A stretch of 64,000 nt of DNA from Candidatus Acidiferrales bacterium (GTDB taxonomy: Bacteria; Acidobacteriota; Terriglobia; Acidiferrales; UBA7541). The translations under genes and the position numbers were made by a program. The stretch covers positions 481 to 64,480 of the forward strand of contig CAWABP010000027.1 of the NCBI GenBank assembly GCA_963780315.1, written 5' to 3'. This document shows positions 27,049 to 36,126 of this stretch, piece after piece; position 1 is the first letter of the stretch, and every line of letters begins with the position of its first letter. Below the pieces are notes generated by a model. That model was not told the origin of the DNA, did not search any database, and saw only the letters and a program-made list of their open reading frames with translations.

Positions 27049-28122
27049 GTGCATCGCGATACTTCCATATTCCTGTCGTGCCTATCGGCGCTCTTGCCGG
27101 TAATTCTGCTGCTCGTTACGCCGGGCGTCTCGGCGCAAACCAATTCTCCCAAGCCAACTTCGCTACCCGCCACCCGCGAGGTTGTCGATGAGATGGGAAG
27201 AAACGTGCGTATTCCCATTTTGCCTTCGCGAATCGTTTCTCTTGCCCCAAGCCTCACGGAAACGGTTTATGCCCTGGGGCTGCAAGACCGCCTAGTCGGC
27301 GACACTGACTATTGCGACTACCCCGCCGACGCCCAGAAGAAACCCAAGGTCGGTGGAATCATCAATCCCAATCTAGAAGAAATAGCCGCGCTGCACCCAG
27401 ATCTTGTCCTAGTGACGAAAAGTATCAATCGCCTTGAAACCGTCCGCGCACTCGATACGCTCGGCATCGCGACATACGCTGGGAGCGATCCCCACACCGT
27501 TGCGGAGATCATCTCTTCGACACAAAAGCTGGCCGATGTTCTTGGTGCACCAGATGCTGGCAAGTCGCTCACTGAAGGACTTCAGGGTCGGCTCGCTGCT
27601 TTGCAAAACAAACTCACCGCCGTACCTCCGCGCCGCGTCCTGTTTATCGTCTGGACGGAGCCGCTCATTTCCGCAGGCAAGGACACGTTTATCGCCGATG
27701 CTCTCCGCAAAGCGGGCGGCGTCTCGATCGTCGAAGCCACTCAGGACTGGCCGCAGATGAGCCTGGAAGAAGTTGTTCACTTGCAGCCGGACTATCTGGT
27801 ATTCGCGGCATCCCATTCGGAATCCGCCGCGCGTGACTTCGAAGCGCTGGCCGCACGACCCGGATGGCGACTGCTGGATGCGGTGCGCAATCGCCATTTC
27901 GCGGTCATCAGCGATGCTGTCAATCGCCCTGCCCCGCGCATTGTATCCGCCATCGAAGAACTTGCGCGACAATTGCATCCCGAAGTTTTCTCAAAATCGC
28001 CGGTTCCGGCAAAAGCCCCGCCGTCTGCGGATGCGGGGGCAGCAATGTCTCCCCGTGCCGCACTCACTTCTTTTTCGACCAGTAACTGTTCTTGTTTCAC
28101 GGAGTCTTCATGCGTCCACTAA
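27049..28122 (+). CDS. btuF: ABC transporter periplasmic substrate-binding protein, BtuF/FhuD-like (corrinoid binding inferred)
   Basis: GTG at 27049 is preceded by AGGGGAG. Signal peptide (..LLPVILLLVTPGVSAQ). IVSLAPSLTETVYALGLQDRLVGDTDYCDYP is a typical PF01497/BtuF block. Riboswitch upstream. Confidence 0.8.
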   Translation: MHRDTSIFLSCLSALLPVILLLVTPGVSAQTNSPKPTSLPATREVVDEMGRNVRIPILPSRIVSLAPSLTETVYALGLQDRLVGDTDYCDYPADAQKKPKVGGIINPNLEEIAALHPDLVLVTKSINRLETVRALDTLGIATYAGSDPHTVAEIISSTQKLADVLGAPDAGKSLTEGLQGRLAALQNKLTAVPPRRVLFIVWTEPLISAGKDTFIADALRKAGGVSIVEATQDWPQMSLEEVVHLQPDYLVFAASHSESAARDFEALAARPGWRLLDAVRNRHFAVISDAVNRPAPRIVSAIEELARQLHPEVFSKSPVPAKAPPSADAGAAMSPRAALTSFSTSNCSCFTESSCVH

Positions 28123-29150
28123 CTCTGGGGCGTCTCCTGTTCCGGTGTGGCATTCTCGCGGTTATCTTGTTTGTTGTGGTGGTCATTGCCTTGAAGATGG
28201 GCGCTGTTCAAGTCTCGCTTTACGGGTTGGGACGCGACCTCATCCGCGTAATGCTGGGCCAAAGCAGCGCCCTCTCCACTGACTACGGGATGATCGTCAG
28301 GGATATACGCTTGCCGCGCATCCTTCTGGGCATCGTCGTCGGCGCATCTCTTTCGGTGGCAGGCGCGAGTTTTCAGGCGCTGCTGCGCAATCCACTGGCG
28401 GATCCCTACGTTCTTGGTGTTTCCTCCGGTGCGGCCGTTGGTGCAATAGTCGCGCTGATTATTGAGAGCCACCTCACGCTGTCGCCAGAACTTGCCGGTC
28501 TCATCACTCCTTTCGGAGCATTTATTGGAGCCGCCCTCACAATCGCCGCCGTCTATTTCTTGAGCCGCCGCGATGGCCAGATTGACAGCAGTACCCTTCT
28601 TCTCGGTGGCATCATTACTGCCTCTTTTCTTTCCGCCATCATCATGTTCCTCATGAACACGCTATCAGGGAGCAATCTTCGCGGCACCGTTTTCTGGCTC
28701 ATGGGCGATCTCTCCACGCCGCAGCCTCGCAGCCTCCTCTACTTGTTATCGTTTGGATTTCTGGCTGCTGCGGGTGCAATTTACACCACCGCTCCCGATC
28801 TCAATCTTCTTCTGGCTGGAGAAAAGGAAGCCATGCACCTTGGCGTAGATGTTCCACGCGTGCGGATCGTCGTGTACTTGGCGGCGTCCATTCTCACCGG
28901 CCTTGCGGTATCGGCAAGCGGCACAATCGGCTATGTTGGCCTCCTTGTGCCCCATATCATGCGCCTCATTTTTGGCGCGGACCACCGCATGCTTCTCCCC
29001 GTCTCAGCGCTTGGAGGGGCCATTGCGATTGTCGTCGCCGATACGCTGGCGCGCACAGTTGTCGCTCCTTCCGAAGTCTCAGTCGGTGCAGTAACTGCGA
29101 TTGCCGGCGCGCCGCTCTTCATCTATTTGCTTCGAAGGAGAATCAGATGA
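28110..29150 (+). CDS. btuC: FecCD-family ABC permease (BtuC-like)
   Basis: ATG at 28110 after GGAG. GASLSVAGASFQALLRNPLADPYVLGVSSGAA is a typical FecCD block. The stop overlaps the next start (ATGA). Confidence 0.85.
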   Translation: MRPLTLGRLLFRCGILAVILFVVVVIALKMGAVQVSLYGLGRDLIRVMLGQSSALSTDYGMIVRDIRLPRILLGIVVGASLSVAGASFQALLRNPLADPYVLGVSSGAAVGAIVALIIESHLTLSPELAGLITPFGAFIGAALTIAAVYFLSRRDGQIDSSTLLLGGIITASFLSAIIMFLMNTLSGSNLRGTVFWLMGDLSTPQPRSLLYLLSFGFLAAAGAIYTTAPDLNLLLAGEKEAMHLGVDVPRVRIVVYLAASILTGLAVSASGTIGYVGLLVPHIMRLIFGADHRMLLPVSALGGAIAIVVADTLARTVVAPSEVSVGAVTAIAGAPLFIYLLRRRIR

Positions 29151-30001
29151 GCAGCCCGCTTCGCTCCCCCATGCCTTCTTCGGAACAGCCGCGGGCCGCG
29201 TCAGACGTGCGCCTCAGCGTCGAGCAGGCCAGCTATGCCTACTCCGCCAACCCGTCCCAAGCTCCGTTGTTTACTCTCGAAGCCCTGAGCTTTCACGCCA
29301 AGCCGGGCGAAATCGTGGCTATCCTCGGCCCCAATGCGTGTGGCAAATCCACGCTTCTCAAGCTGATTTCAGGAGCGCTGGAACCTCTCTCCGGCCGCGT
29401 GTTCCTCAATGGTTTCGTTACTCATTCGCTTCCGCCCCGGACGCGCGCCCAGCGCATTGCTCTGGTGCAGCAGGAAAGCCGCCTGCTATTCCCATCTCGC
29501 GTTTGGGAATTTGTGCTTCAGGGACGCCATCCTTACGGCTCGGGCCTGCGTTTTGAGACCGAGGAAGACGTGACCATCGCCACGAACGCGCTCACTCAGG
29601 TCAGTGCCAATCATCTCAGCGACCGCTGGATGGACAAGATTTCCGGCGGTGAAAAGCAACGAGTGATTCTGGCTCGCGCCCTGGCTCAGCAACCTCTCTT
29701 ATTGCTGCTCGATGAGCCCACGCTCCATCTGGACATTGGCGCGCAGGTGGACTTGCTTCACAATCTGCGCCGCCTGGCTGCACAAAACCGCTACACCGTT
29801 GTAGTCGTGACGCACGAGTTGAATCTCGCCGGGGAATATGCGGATCAAGTTGTGCTGCTGCAGAAAGGGAAGTGCTTGCGCGTGGGCCCGCCTGCCGCCG
29901 TTTTCCAGCGCGAGTTGCTAGAACAAGTGTTTCAAGCGCCGCTTTCCGTGGAGATGACTGCCTCCGGGCGGCCGCGCGTCACACTTTTTTCGAAGACGTG
30001 A
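29147..30001 (+). CDS. btuD: ABC transporter ATP-binding protein (BtuD/FepC-like)
   Basis: Walker A GPNACGKST, ABC signature ISGGEKQRV, Walker B LLLLDEPT. Confidence 0.85.
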   Translation: MSSPLRSPMPSSEQPRAASDVRLSVEQASYAYSANPSQAPLFTLEALSFHAKPGEIVAILGPNACGKSTLLKLISGALEPLSGRVFLNGFVTHSLPPRTRAQRIALVQQESRLLFPSRVWEFVLQGRHPYGSGLRFETEEDVTIATNALTQVSANHLSDRWMDKISGGEKQRVILARALAQQPLLLLLDEPTLHLDIGAQVDLLHNLRRLAAQNRYTVVVVTHELNLAGEYADQVVLLQKGKCLRVGPPAAVFQRELLEQVFQAPLSVEMTASGRPRVTLFSKT

Positions 30002-30089
30002 GGTCGCTTCGTGTCCACCCCAACCTGGCGCCTTCGGGTAGCCGAAACTCGTAACCCGCAGCGGGCTCTGCCCCTCCATAATCACCGCG

Positions 30090-30289
30090 GACTCGTGCTC
30101 GGGAAGACGGTGCAACACCGTCGCCGCCGCGCGACTGTAAGGCGGGCATTTTGCTCGTAGGCCACTGCAGCCCAGTTTGCTGCGGGAAGGCCGCGAACGC
30201 GCTTCAGGCGAACTCTGAGTTTTGCTGACTCAGGCTCTCCCTGTATAGCGCTCTTTCCCGCCAAGCCAGGAGACCGGCGAAGTCCGCAG
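30090..30289 (+). promoter_or_regulatory. Second cobalamin riboswitch, with a large variable insertion
   Basis: GGGAAGACGGTGCAACACCGTCGCCGCCGCGCGACTGTAAGGCGGGC core. About 120 nt later, CCCGCC closes the helix with GGCGGG and is followed by a near-consensus B12 box AGCCAGGAGACCGGC (30264-30278). Confidence 0.7.
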
Positions 30290-30322
30290 CCGGCGCATGC
30301 CCCTATGTGCCGGTCAATCTTT
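30290..30322 (+). terminator. Hairpin (9 bp, one G-U) plus a U-rich tail; candidate terminator or sequestor of riboswitch 2
   Basis: CCGGCGCAT-gcccct-ATGTGCCGG followed by TCAATCTTT. Lies between the B12 box and the btuB-like start. Confidence 0.4.
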
Positions 30323-30354
30323 ACACTCCCGCGCGTGAGGGAGCGGAGGAATCC

Positions 30355-32571
30355 ATGAAAAAAACAACACTTTTCGCAAGTATTCTGGCCTTACTTTCTG
30401 TTTTCTTCGCAGCACCCGTCCGTTCACAATCTCGGCCCTTTGATGCTCACGTCAGTGGCACACTGAGCGATCCTTCGGGGGGCGGTATCGGCGGCGTCCA
30501 GATCACCGCTCAACTGGAAAATTCTGCTGGCGCGCAGCCATTCACTTCTACTTCTTCGAGCGATGGCGCCTATGCTCTTTCACTTCCACCGGGCCGCTAC
30601 CTCGTCCATTTCTCCCGTGAACCTTTTGCTCCCCGTGAACTTACTTGGGAACTTGTTGCTGCAGAAACTCGAACCATTGATCTTCGCCTTGAATTAGAGC
30701 GTTTGTCGTCCAATGTCGTTGTCACTGCCGAGGCCGAGCCAGTCCTTCGCTCGCTTACCATCGCGCCTACGGATGTGATCACGCACGAAGAGATTGACGA
30801 GCGCCAGGCGATCACCCTGCCCGATCTTCTGCAATTTTCTCCCGGCGTCGCCTTTGGCCGCACCGGCCCTTTTGGTGGCACCGCATCGCTCTTCTTGAAC
30901 GGCGGCAATTCCGATTTCACAAAGGTTCTGGTGGACGGCACGCCCATCAATCCCCCCGGTAGCGCCGTGGATTTCTCCAACCTCACCACGGAAAATGTAG
31001 ATAAGGTTGAAATCGTGCGGGGCGCAGAAAGCGCCATCTATGGCAGTGATGCGGTTTCCGGCGTCATCCAGCTCTTCACACATCGCGGCGAAACACGCAT
31101 TCCGTCCGCCAGCCTGCTTGCCGAGGGGGGCGGGTTTTCTTCCGCGCGTGGAGGTGCCGATTTTAGCGGCTTATTTGGTAAGTTCGACTACTCCGGGGCG
31201 GCTGCCTATTTCCAAACCGATGGCCAGGGTCCGGATGACGCCTTCTTGAATCGTGCGTTCTCCGGAAATTTCGGCTATTCATTCTCGGATTCGAATCAGC
31301 TTCACCTCTCGCTACGCAGCAACAACAGTGACGCCCAGATTCCCGGCCCCACGCTTGTTTTGCCCCCGGTTCCTTTTCAAGGCTACGCGCAGCATATTTT
31401 TTCAACCAATGCTCGCTGGGAGTTCGCCACCGGCTCCCATTGGCAACATCAACTCACCGGCACGGAGTCCTACACGCGACAGCACAGCTTTGAAACACAG
31501 CCTATAAGTTCGGCTTACGATACGCTCTTGGATTTCAATCGCGCCGGGCTTGGCGCCCAGTCGACTTATGCTTCCAAGTCCTTTATCGCCACAGCTGGTT
31601 ACCAGTATGAGGTAGAGAATGGGGGAATCAACTACGTCTTGCCGGGCCATCTTCGCCGCAACAATCAGGCAGGGTATCTCGATTTCCGCTACACGCCGCT
31701 CTCCCGGCTTTCGCTCGACTTCGGCGTGCGCACTGAAGATAACGCCAGCTTCGGCACTCGCGTCGTTCCTCGCGTCGGCGGTTCTTATGTGCTTCGCTAC
31801 GGCAAAGGATTCTGGGGAGGCACCCGGTACCGAGCTTTCTATGGCCAGGGCATCAAGGAACCGCGCTTCGATGAAACCTTTGGCACCGATCCTTGCTTTC
31901 CCGGGAATCCCGATCTCAAACCCGAAGCCAGCAAAGGCTGGTCCACTGGCTTCGAGCAAAAGCTCGCCTCCGATCGCTGGAAGATTTCCGCCGATTACTT
32001 TTACAATCGCTTCTACGACATGGTAAGTTTTGCGAACTGCTTTCCCGGGGGCTTGTGCACGGCCTTGCCAGCGACTACTTGTCCCTTTGGGAACGGGACG
32101 TACTTCAACACGGACCTTGCCTTCGCCCGCGGTCTGAACCTCGCCTCCGAGTGGCGCGTTGGGAAGAACCTCTTCCTCTTCGGAAACTACACCTACGACG
32201 ACACTCGCGTTCTGCGGTCCGAAAACCCCTTCGCTGACCCGGCGCTCATTCCCGGAAACCGGCTCATCCGCCGACCGCTCAATTCTGGTTCTTTGGGACT
32301 CAATCTTGCCCTTGCGCGCATCAACTGGAGTTTCATCGGCTACTTCAGCGGTGCACGCACCGACAGCGACTTCGTCGATTTTGTCAGGGTCAACGACCCC
32401 GGCTATGCTAGGTTTGACATAGCCGGCAGCTACAAGGTGACGCGCGGCCTAGCCTTTACCGCTCGCGCCACCAACCTGTTCGACAAGCAGTATCAGGACG
32501 CCTTTGGCTATCCGGCTCTTGGGCGCGATTACCGCTTTGGCCTGCGCTATCGGTTCGCGGGCCGCAACTAA
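30355..32571 (+). CDS. btuB: TonB-dependent receptor, BtuB-like by context, with a carboxypeptidase-regulatory-like N-domain
   Basis: ATG at 30355 after GGAGGA. Signal peptide MKKTTLFASILALLSVFFAAPVRSQ. Plug block (DKVEIVRGAESAIYGSDAVSGVIQLFT). Beta-barrel ending ..RYRFAGRN. Cobalamin riboswitch upstream. Confidence 0.8.
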   Translation: MKKTTLFASILALLSVFFAAPVRSQSRPFDAHVSGTLSDPSGGGIGGVQITAQLENSAGAQPFTSTSSSDGAYALSLPPGRYLVHFSREPFAPRELTWELVAAETRTIDLRLELERLSSNVVVTAEAEPVLRSLTIAPTDVITHEEIDERQAITLPDLLQFSPGVAFGRTGPFGGTASLFLNGGNSDFTKVLVDGTPINPPGSAVDFSNLTTENVDKVEIVRGAESAIYGSDAVSGVIQLFTHRGETRIPSASLLAEGGGFSSARGGADFSGLFGKFDYSGAAAYFQTDGQGPDDAFLNRAFSGNFGYSFSDSNQLHLSLRSNNSDAQIPGPTLVLPPVPFQGYAQHIFSTNARWEFATGSHWQHQLTGTESYTRQHSFETQPISSAYDTLLDFNRAGLGAQSTYASKSFIATAGYQYEVENGGINYVLPGHLRRNNQAGYLDFRYTPLSRLSLDFGVRTEDNASFGTRVVPRVGGSYVLRYGKGFWGGTRYRAFYGQGIKEPRFDETFGTDPCFPGNPDLKPEASKGWSTGFEQKLASDRWKISADYFYNRFYDMVSFANCFPGGLCTALPATTCPFGNGTYFNTDLAFARGLNLASEWRVGKNLFLFGNYTYDDTRVLRSENPFADPALIPGNRLIRRPLNSGSLGLNLALARINWSFIGYFSGARTDSDFVDFVRVNDPGYARFDIAGSYKVTRGLAFTARATNLFDKQYQDAFGYPALGRDYRFGLRYRFAGRN

Positions 32572-32577
32572 ACCAAC

Positions 32578-32599
32578 GGGGCGCATCCCACCGCGCCCC
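32578..32599 (+). terminator. GC-rich hairpin downstream of the btuB-like gene
   Basis: GGGGCGC-atcccacc-GCGCCCC, 7 nt after the stop. The T-run (CTTTTT) begins only about 10 nt later, so this is a weak call. Confidence 0.4.
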
Positions 32600-32622
32600 T
32601 CTGCTATACTTTTTGCTTCACA

Positions 32623-34104
32623 ATGACCAAGTTCGCCACAGAATCTGCCATGTCCCCCGAACTCCTCGCGAAATACGAGGTTGTTATCGGTCTGGAAGTC
32701 CACGCACAGCTTCTTACAAAATCTAAGATTTTCTGTAGTTGTTCGACGAGATTCGGAGATCCACCCAACTCCAACGTATGTCCAGTGTGTCTGGGGCTTC
32801 CCGGCACTTTGCCGGTTCTAAACAAACGTGCTGTTGAAATAGGAATGCGCGCGGCGCTGGCGCTGAATTGCACGGTTCACGAGCATTCCCGCTTCGCCCG
32901 CAAAAACTATTTTTACCCCGACTTGCCCAAGGGCTACCAAATCTCGCAATACGAACTCCCCCTTGCTACGGGTGGCTGGTTGGAAATTGAACATGACGGC
33001 AAGACGAAACGCATTGGCATCACTCGGCTCCATCTCGAAGAGGACGCAGGCAAGTCCCTCCACGACGGGCTAGCGCAATCCGCCGACAAGACGTACGTGG
33101 ACCTGAATCGCTGCGGCACTCCCCTCAGCGAAATCGTTTCAGAGCCGGATATGCGTTCGCCTGACGAGGCCTATGCTTACCTCACGGCGCTTAAACAGAT
33201 CCTGCTTTACACGGGCGTTAGCGATTGCAACATGGAGGAAGGATCGCTGCGCTGCGACGCGAATGTAAGTGTGCGCATGCGCGGTGCGAAGGAATTCGGC
33301 ACGAAGGTTGAGGTCAAAAATCTCAACTCGTTCCGCTACCTTGCCAAAGCCCTCGAATATGAAATCGAGCGCCATATAGGCGTCTTGGAATCCGGTGGCA
33401 GCATTTCTCAGGAAACGCGCTTGTGGAATCAGCACGATGGCCGCACGGATTCCATGCGTTCCAAGGAAAAGGCGCACGACTACCGCTATTTCCCTGAGCC
33501 TGATTTGCTACCAATACATGTCAGTGCGGCTTGGCGCGGCGAAGTCCGCGCATCGCTTCCCGAACTTCCTGTCGCCAAGCGCGCACGATTTGTCTCATCC
33601 TTTGGCATCACCGCCTACGACGCGGAAGTCTTGACGGACACGCAAGCCCTCGCAGGGTACTTTGAATCGGTTGTGAAAGCCGGCGCTCCGGGAAAAGCTG
33701 CAGCCAACTGGATCGAGACTGAACTGCTGCACCGCTTGCACGATTCTGGCAAGGAGATTGGCGGAAGCCCTGTCGTTGCCGCTGCGCTGGCCGAGCTTGT
33801 TTCTCTGGTGGAATCCGGAAAGATTACGGGCGCCGTAGGTAAGAAGGTATTTGCCACAATGTTCGAGACGGGGCGCTCTGCAGCGGAAATTGTTGCTGCG
33901 GAAGGTCTCGGTGCTCAAGTTAGCGATTCGGCCATAGAAGCTGCCGCTCGCGAAATCATCGCCAAGAATCCCGAGAACGTAGCTAAGTTCAAATCGGGGA
34001 ACGATGGCGTTTTTAAATTCTTCGTTGGCCAGGTCATGCGCGTCACCAAAGGCCAGGCCAATCCGCAAGCCGTAAACGACATCCTCCGCAAGCTTCTATC
34101 TTGA
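32623..34104 (+). CDS. gatB: Asp-tRNA(Asn)/Glu-tRNA(Gln) amidotransferase subunit B
   Basis: [44 protein letters not shown]. An alternative start is at 32650 ([10 protein letters not shown]..). Confidence 0.95.
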   Translation: MTKFATESAMSPELLAKYEVVIGLEVHAQLLTKSKIFCSCSTRFGDPPNSNVCPVCLGLPGTLPVLNKRAVEIGMRAALALNCTVHEHSRFARKNYFYPDLPKGYQISQYELPLATGGWLEIEHDGKTKRIGITRLHLEEDAGKSLHDGLAQSADKTYVDLNRCGTPLSEIVSEPDMRSPDEAYAYLTALKQILLYTGVSDCNMEEGSLRCDANVSVRMRGAKEFGTKVEVKNLNSFRYLAKALEYEIERHIGVLESGGSISQETRLWNQHDGRTDSMRSKEKAHDYRYFPEPDLLPIHVSAAWRGEVRASLPELPVAKRARFVSSFGITAYDAEVLTDTQALAGYFESVVKAGAPGKAAANWIETELLHRLHDSGKEIGGSPVVAAALAELVSLVESGKITGAVGKKVFATMFETGRSAAEIVAAEGLGAQVSDSAIEAAAREIIAKNPENVAKFKSGNDGVFKFFVGQVMRVTKGQANPQAVNDILRKLLS

Positions 34105-34120
34105 TTCGACCGAGGAATCC

Positions 34121-34582
34121 ATGCTCAAGATCGGTAACAAAGCGCCGGCCTTTACACTGACTTCCGATGAAGGCAAGGAAGTCTCCCTGAAGGATTTCAA
34201 AGGCAAGCGCGTGTTGCTCTATTTCTACCCCAAAGCCAGCACTCCCGGCTGCACGATCGAAGCGTGCGAATTTCGGGATCTGAAGCCCAAATTTGATCAG
34301 GAAGATGTTGTCATTCTCGGTGTCAGCGCCGATCCGGAAAAATCACTAAGGAATTTCAAGACCAAGCAGAAGCTCAATTTCCCCCTGCTTGGCGACCCCA
34401 CTCACAAAATGATCGAATCCTACGGCGTGTGGCGCATGAAGAAATTCATGGGCCGCTCGTTCAAAGGAATCGTTCGCAGCACATTTCTGATTGGTCCCAC
34501 CGGCAAAATCGAACAGATCTGGGACGAAGTCAAAGCCAAAGGCCACGCTGCCGAAACCCTTTCCCATCTCTCGATCGCTTAG
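34121..34582 (+). CDS. bcp: Peroxiredoxin Bcp (thiol peroxidase)
   Basis: FYPKASTPGCTIEAC active-site block and a typical 153-aa length. Confidence 0.9.
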   Translation: MLKIGNKAPAFTLTSDEGKEVSLKDFKGKRVLLYFYPKASTPGCTIEACEFRDLKPKFDQEDVVILGVSADPEKSLRNFKTKQKLNFPLLGDPTHKMIESYGVWRMKKFMGRSFKGIVRSTFLIGPTGKIEQIWDEVKAKGHAAETLSHLSIA

Positions 34583-34652
34583 GCCCTTATGGGCCAGCCG
34601 TTGTGGAGGAAAGCTTCCCTAGCGGGCGGCCCTCTCGCCTATCCAATCTCCC

Positions 34653-35525
34653 TCATAACTCGGTCCGCAATTCCTCTCCGTCCACCTCAATCAATAGATT
34701 GTCAATCAACCGCGTTTTCCCGATAAACACCGCGAGCGCCGCGTAGCTTCGCCGTCCCACGCGCACCACGGGCTCAAACGTTTCCGCGTCCACAATTTCC
34801 GCGTAGTCCACCCTGGCGCGAGGCTCGCTTGCCAGGACCCTATGAATGGCTTGCTGCAAGTGCAGGACGTCGCGCACGCCCGAGCCTATTTCGTGGGCCG
34901 CCGCACACAACGCACGCGATAGCACGGTTGACGCCTTTCTCTCGTCGGCACGCAAATAAACGTTGCGCGACGACAACGCCAACCCATCTGCCTCTCGCAC
35001 AATCGGGCACAACACGATTTCCGTGTCCACATTCAGGTCCCGTACCATTTGCTGTACCATGCGCGCTTGCTGCGCATCCTTACGGCCGAAATACGCAAAA
35101 TGCGGCTGCACAATTTGCAATAGTTTCAGAACAACGGTGGTCACTCCGCGAAAATGGCCGGGGCGTGATTTGCCTTCCAGGGTTTCGCTCAGCCCTTCAA
35201 CCTGCACATAGGTCGAAAACCCGTGCGGGTACATCTCCGCGGCATCTGGCAAGAATAGGGCGTCGATCTTCGCAGCTTCCAACTTCGCGGTGTCGTCTTC
35301 AATGGGCCGCGGATATTTGGACAGATCCTCCTTCGGCCCAAACTGTTTGGGGTTCAGAAAAATGGAAACGTACGTGGGCGAGCATTCTTTCTTTGCACGC
35401 TCCACCAGCGCCAGATGTCCAGCGTGAAGTGCACCCATCGTTGGCACGAACCCGATTATGCGTTGTTCCAGGCGCGCTTCCCTCGCCCTCTCCTTCATCC
35501 AGGCAATTGTTCGGATCGTTTCCAT
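34653..35525 (-). CDS. panC: Pantoate--beta-alanine ligase
   Basis: GFVPTMGALHAGHLALV (HxGH class) and FGRKDAQQ motifs. Confidence 0.95.
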   Translation of the reverse strand: METIRTIAWMKERAREARLEQRIIGFVPTMGALHAGHLALVERAKKECSPTYVSIFLNPKQFGPKEDLSKYPRPIEDDTAKLEAAKIDALFLPDAAEMYPHGFSTYVQVEGLSETLEGKSRPGHFRGVTTVVLKLLQIVQPHFAYFGRKDAQQARMVQQMVRDLNVDTEIVLCPIVREADGLALSSRNVYLRADERKASTVLSRALCAAAHEIGSGVRDVLHLQQAIHRVLASEPRARVDYAEIVDAETFEPVVRVGRRSYAALAVFIGKTRLIDNLLIEVDGEELRTEL

Positions 35526-35532
35526 TCCGGGC

Positions 35533-36042
35533 TTAGGCCCCCGCCGCAGCAGGCTGCTCGCGGTAGAAGTGCATCAAGTCCGTCAAAATCGGCTGCGCCC
35601 CAAGCTGCCGCAGCATGGTGGTGATCTGTCCCCGATGATAGGTACCGTGGTTCACCAGATGCAGCATCGATTGCCATAAGGGGTTGCAGTACATGCCAAA
35701 CTTCATAGTCTTGTATTCCATCACGGCATCCAAGCCTTCCTGCGTCAGGCCGCGCACGAAGTTCAGCAGCTTTGGCTCAAACGCCGCCCAACTTGTTTTC
35801 AGCTTCGCGATGTCCGCGAACTCTGGGTCTTCTGGAATAGCCGATGGCGAGCGCCCCTGGAATCGCTCCAGCCACAACCACTCGACCCCGTAGATGTGCA
35901 CGAGCGTGTCGCGCACTGAAGAAAAGCTCGATCCCAGCTGTTTTGTGAACTGCTCTTGGGTGAGGGCGCTTGCTGCCTCCAGCACGCGGCGGTCTGCCCA
36001 GGCGTTGTATTTGAACAAAGCTACCATTTCAGCAGGTTTCAT
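35533..36042 (-). CDS. DinB-family protein
   Basis: ATG at 36042 is preceded by GGAGGTG. YNAWADRRVLEA..SVRDTLVHIYGVEWLW..NHGTYHRGQ is typical of the DinB/YfiT fold with its His triad. Confidence 0.8.
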   Translation of the reverse strand: MKPAEMVALFKYNAWADRRVLEAASALTQEQFTKQLGSSFSSVRDTLVHIYGVEWLWLERFQGRSPSAIPEDPEFADIAKLKTSWAAFEPKLLNFVRGLTQEGLDAVMEYKTMKFGMYCNPLWQSMLHLVNHGTYHRGQITTMLRQLGAQPILTDLMHFYREQPAAAGA

Positions 36043-36126
36043 CGATTCACCTCCGCTCACAAAACTGCAAGGGCGCCCCGGTCTGCTCAAGGCGCCCCTG
36101 ACTGCAGTGTATTCCATTGCGTTCGC

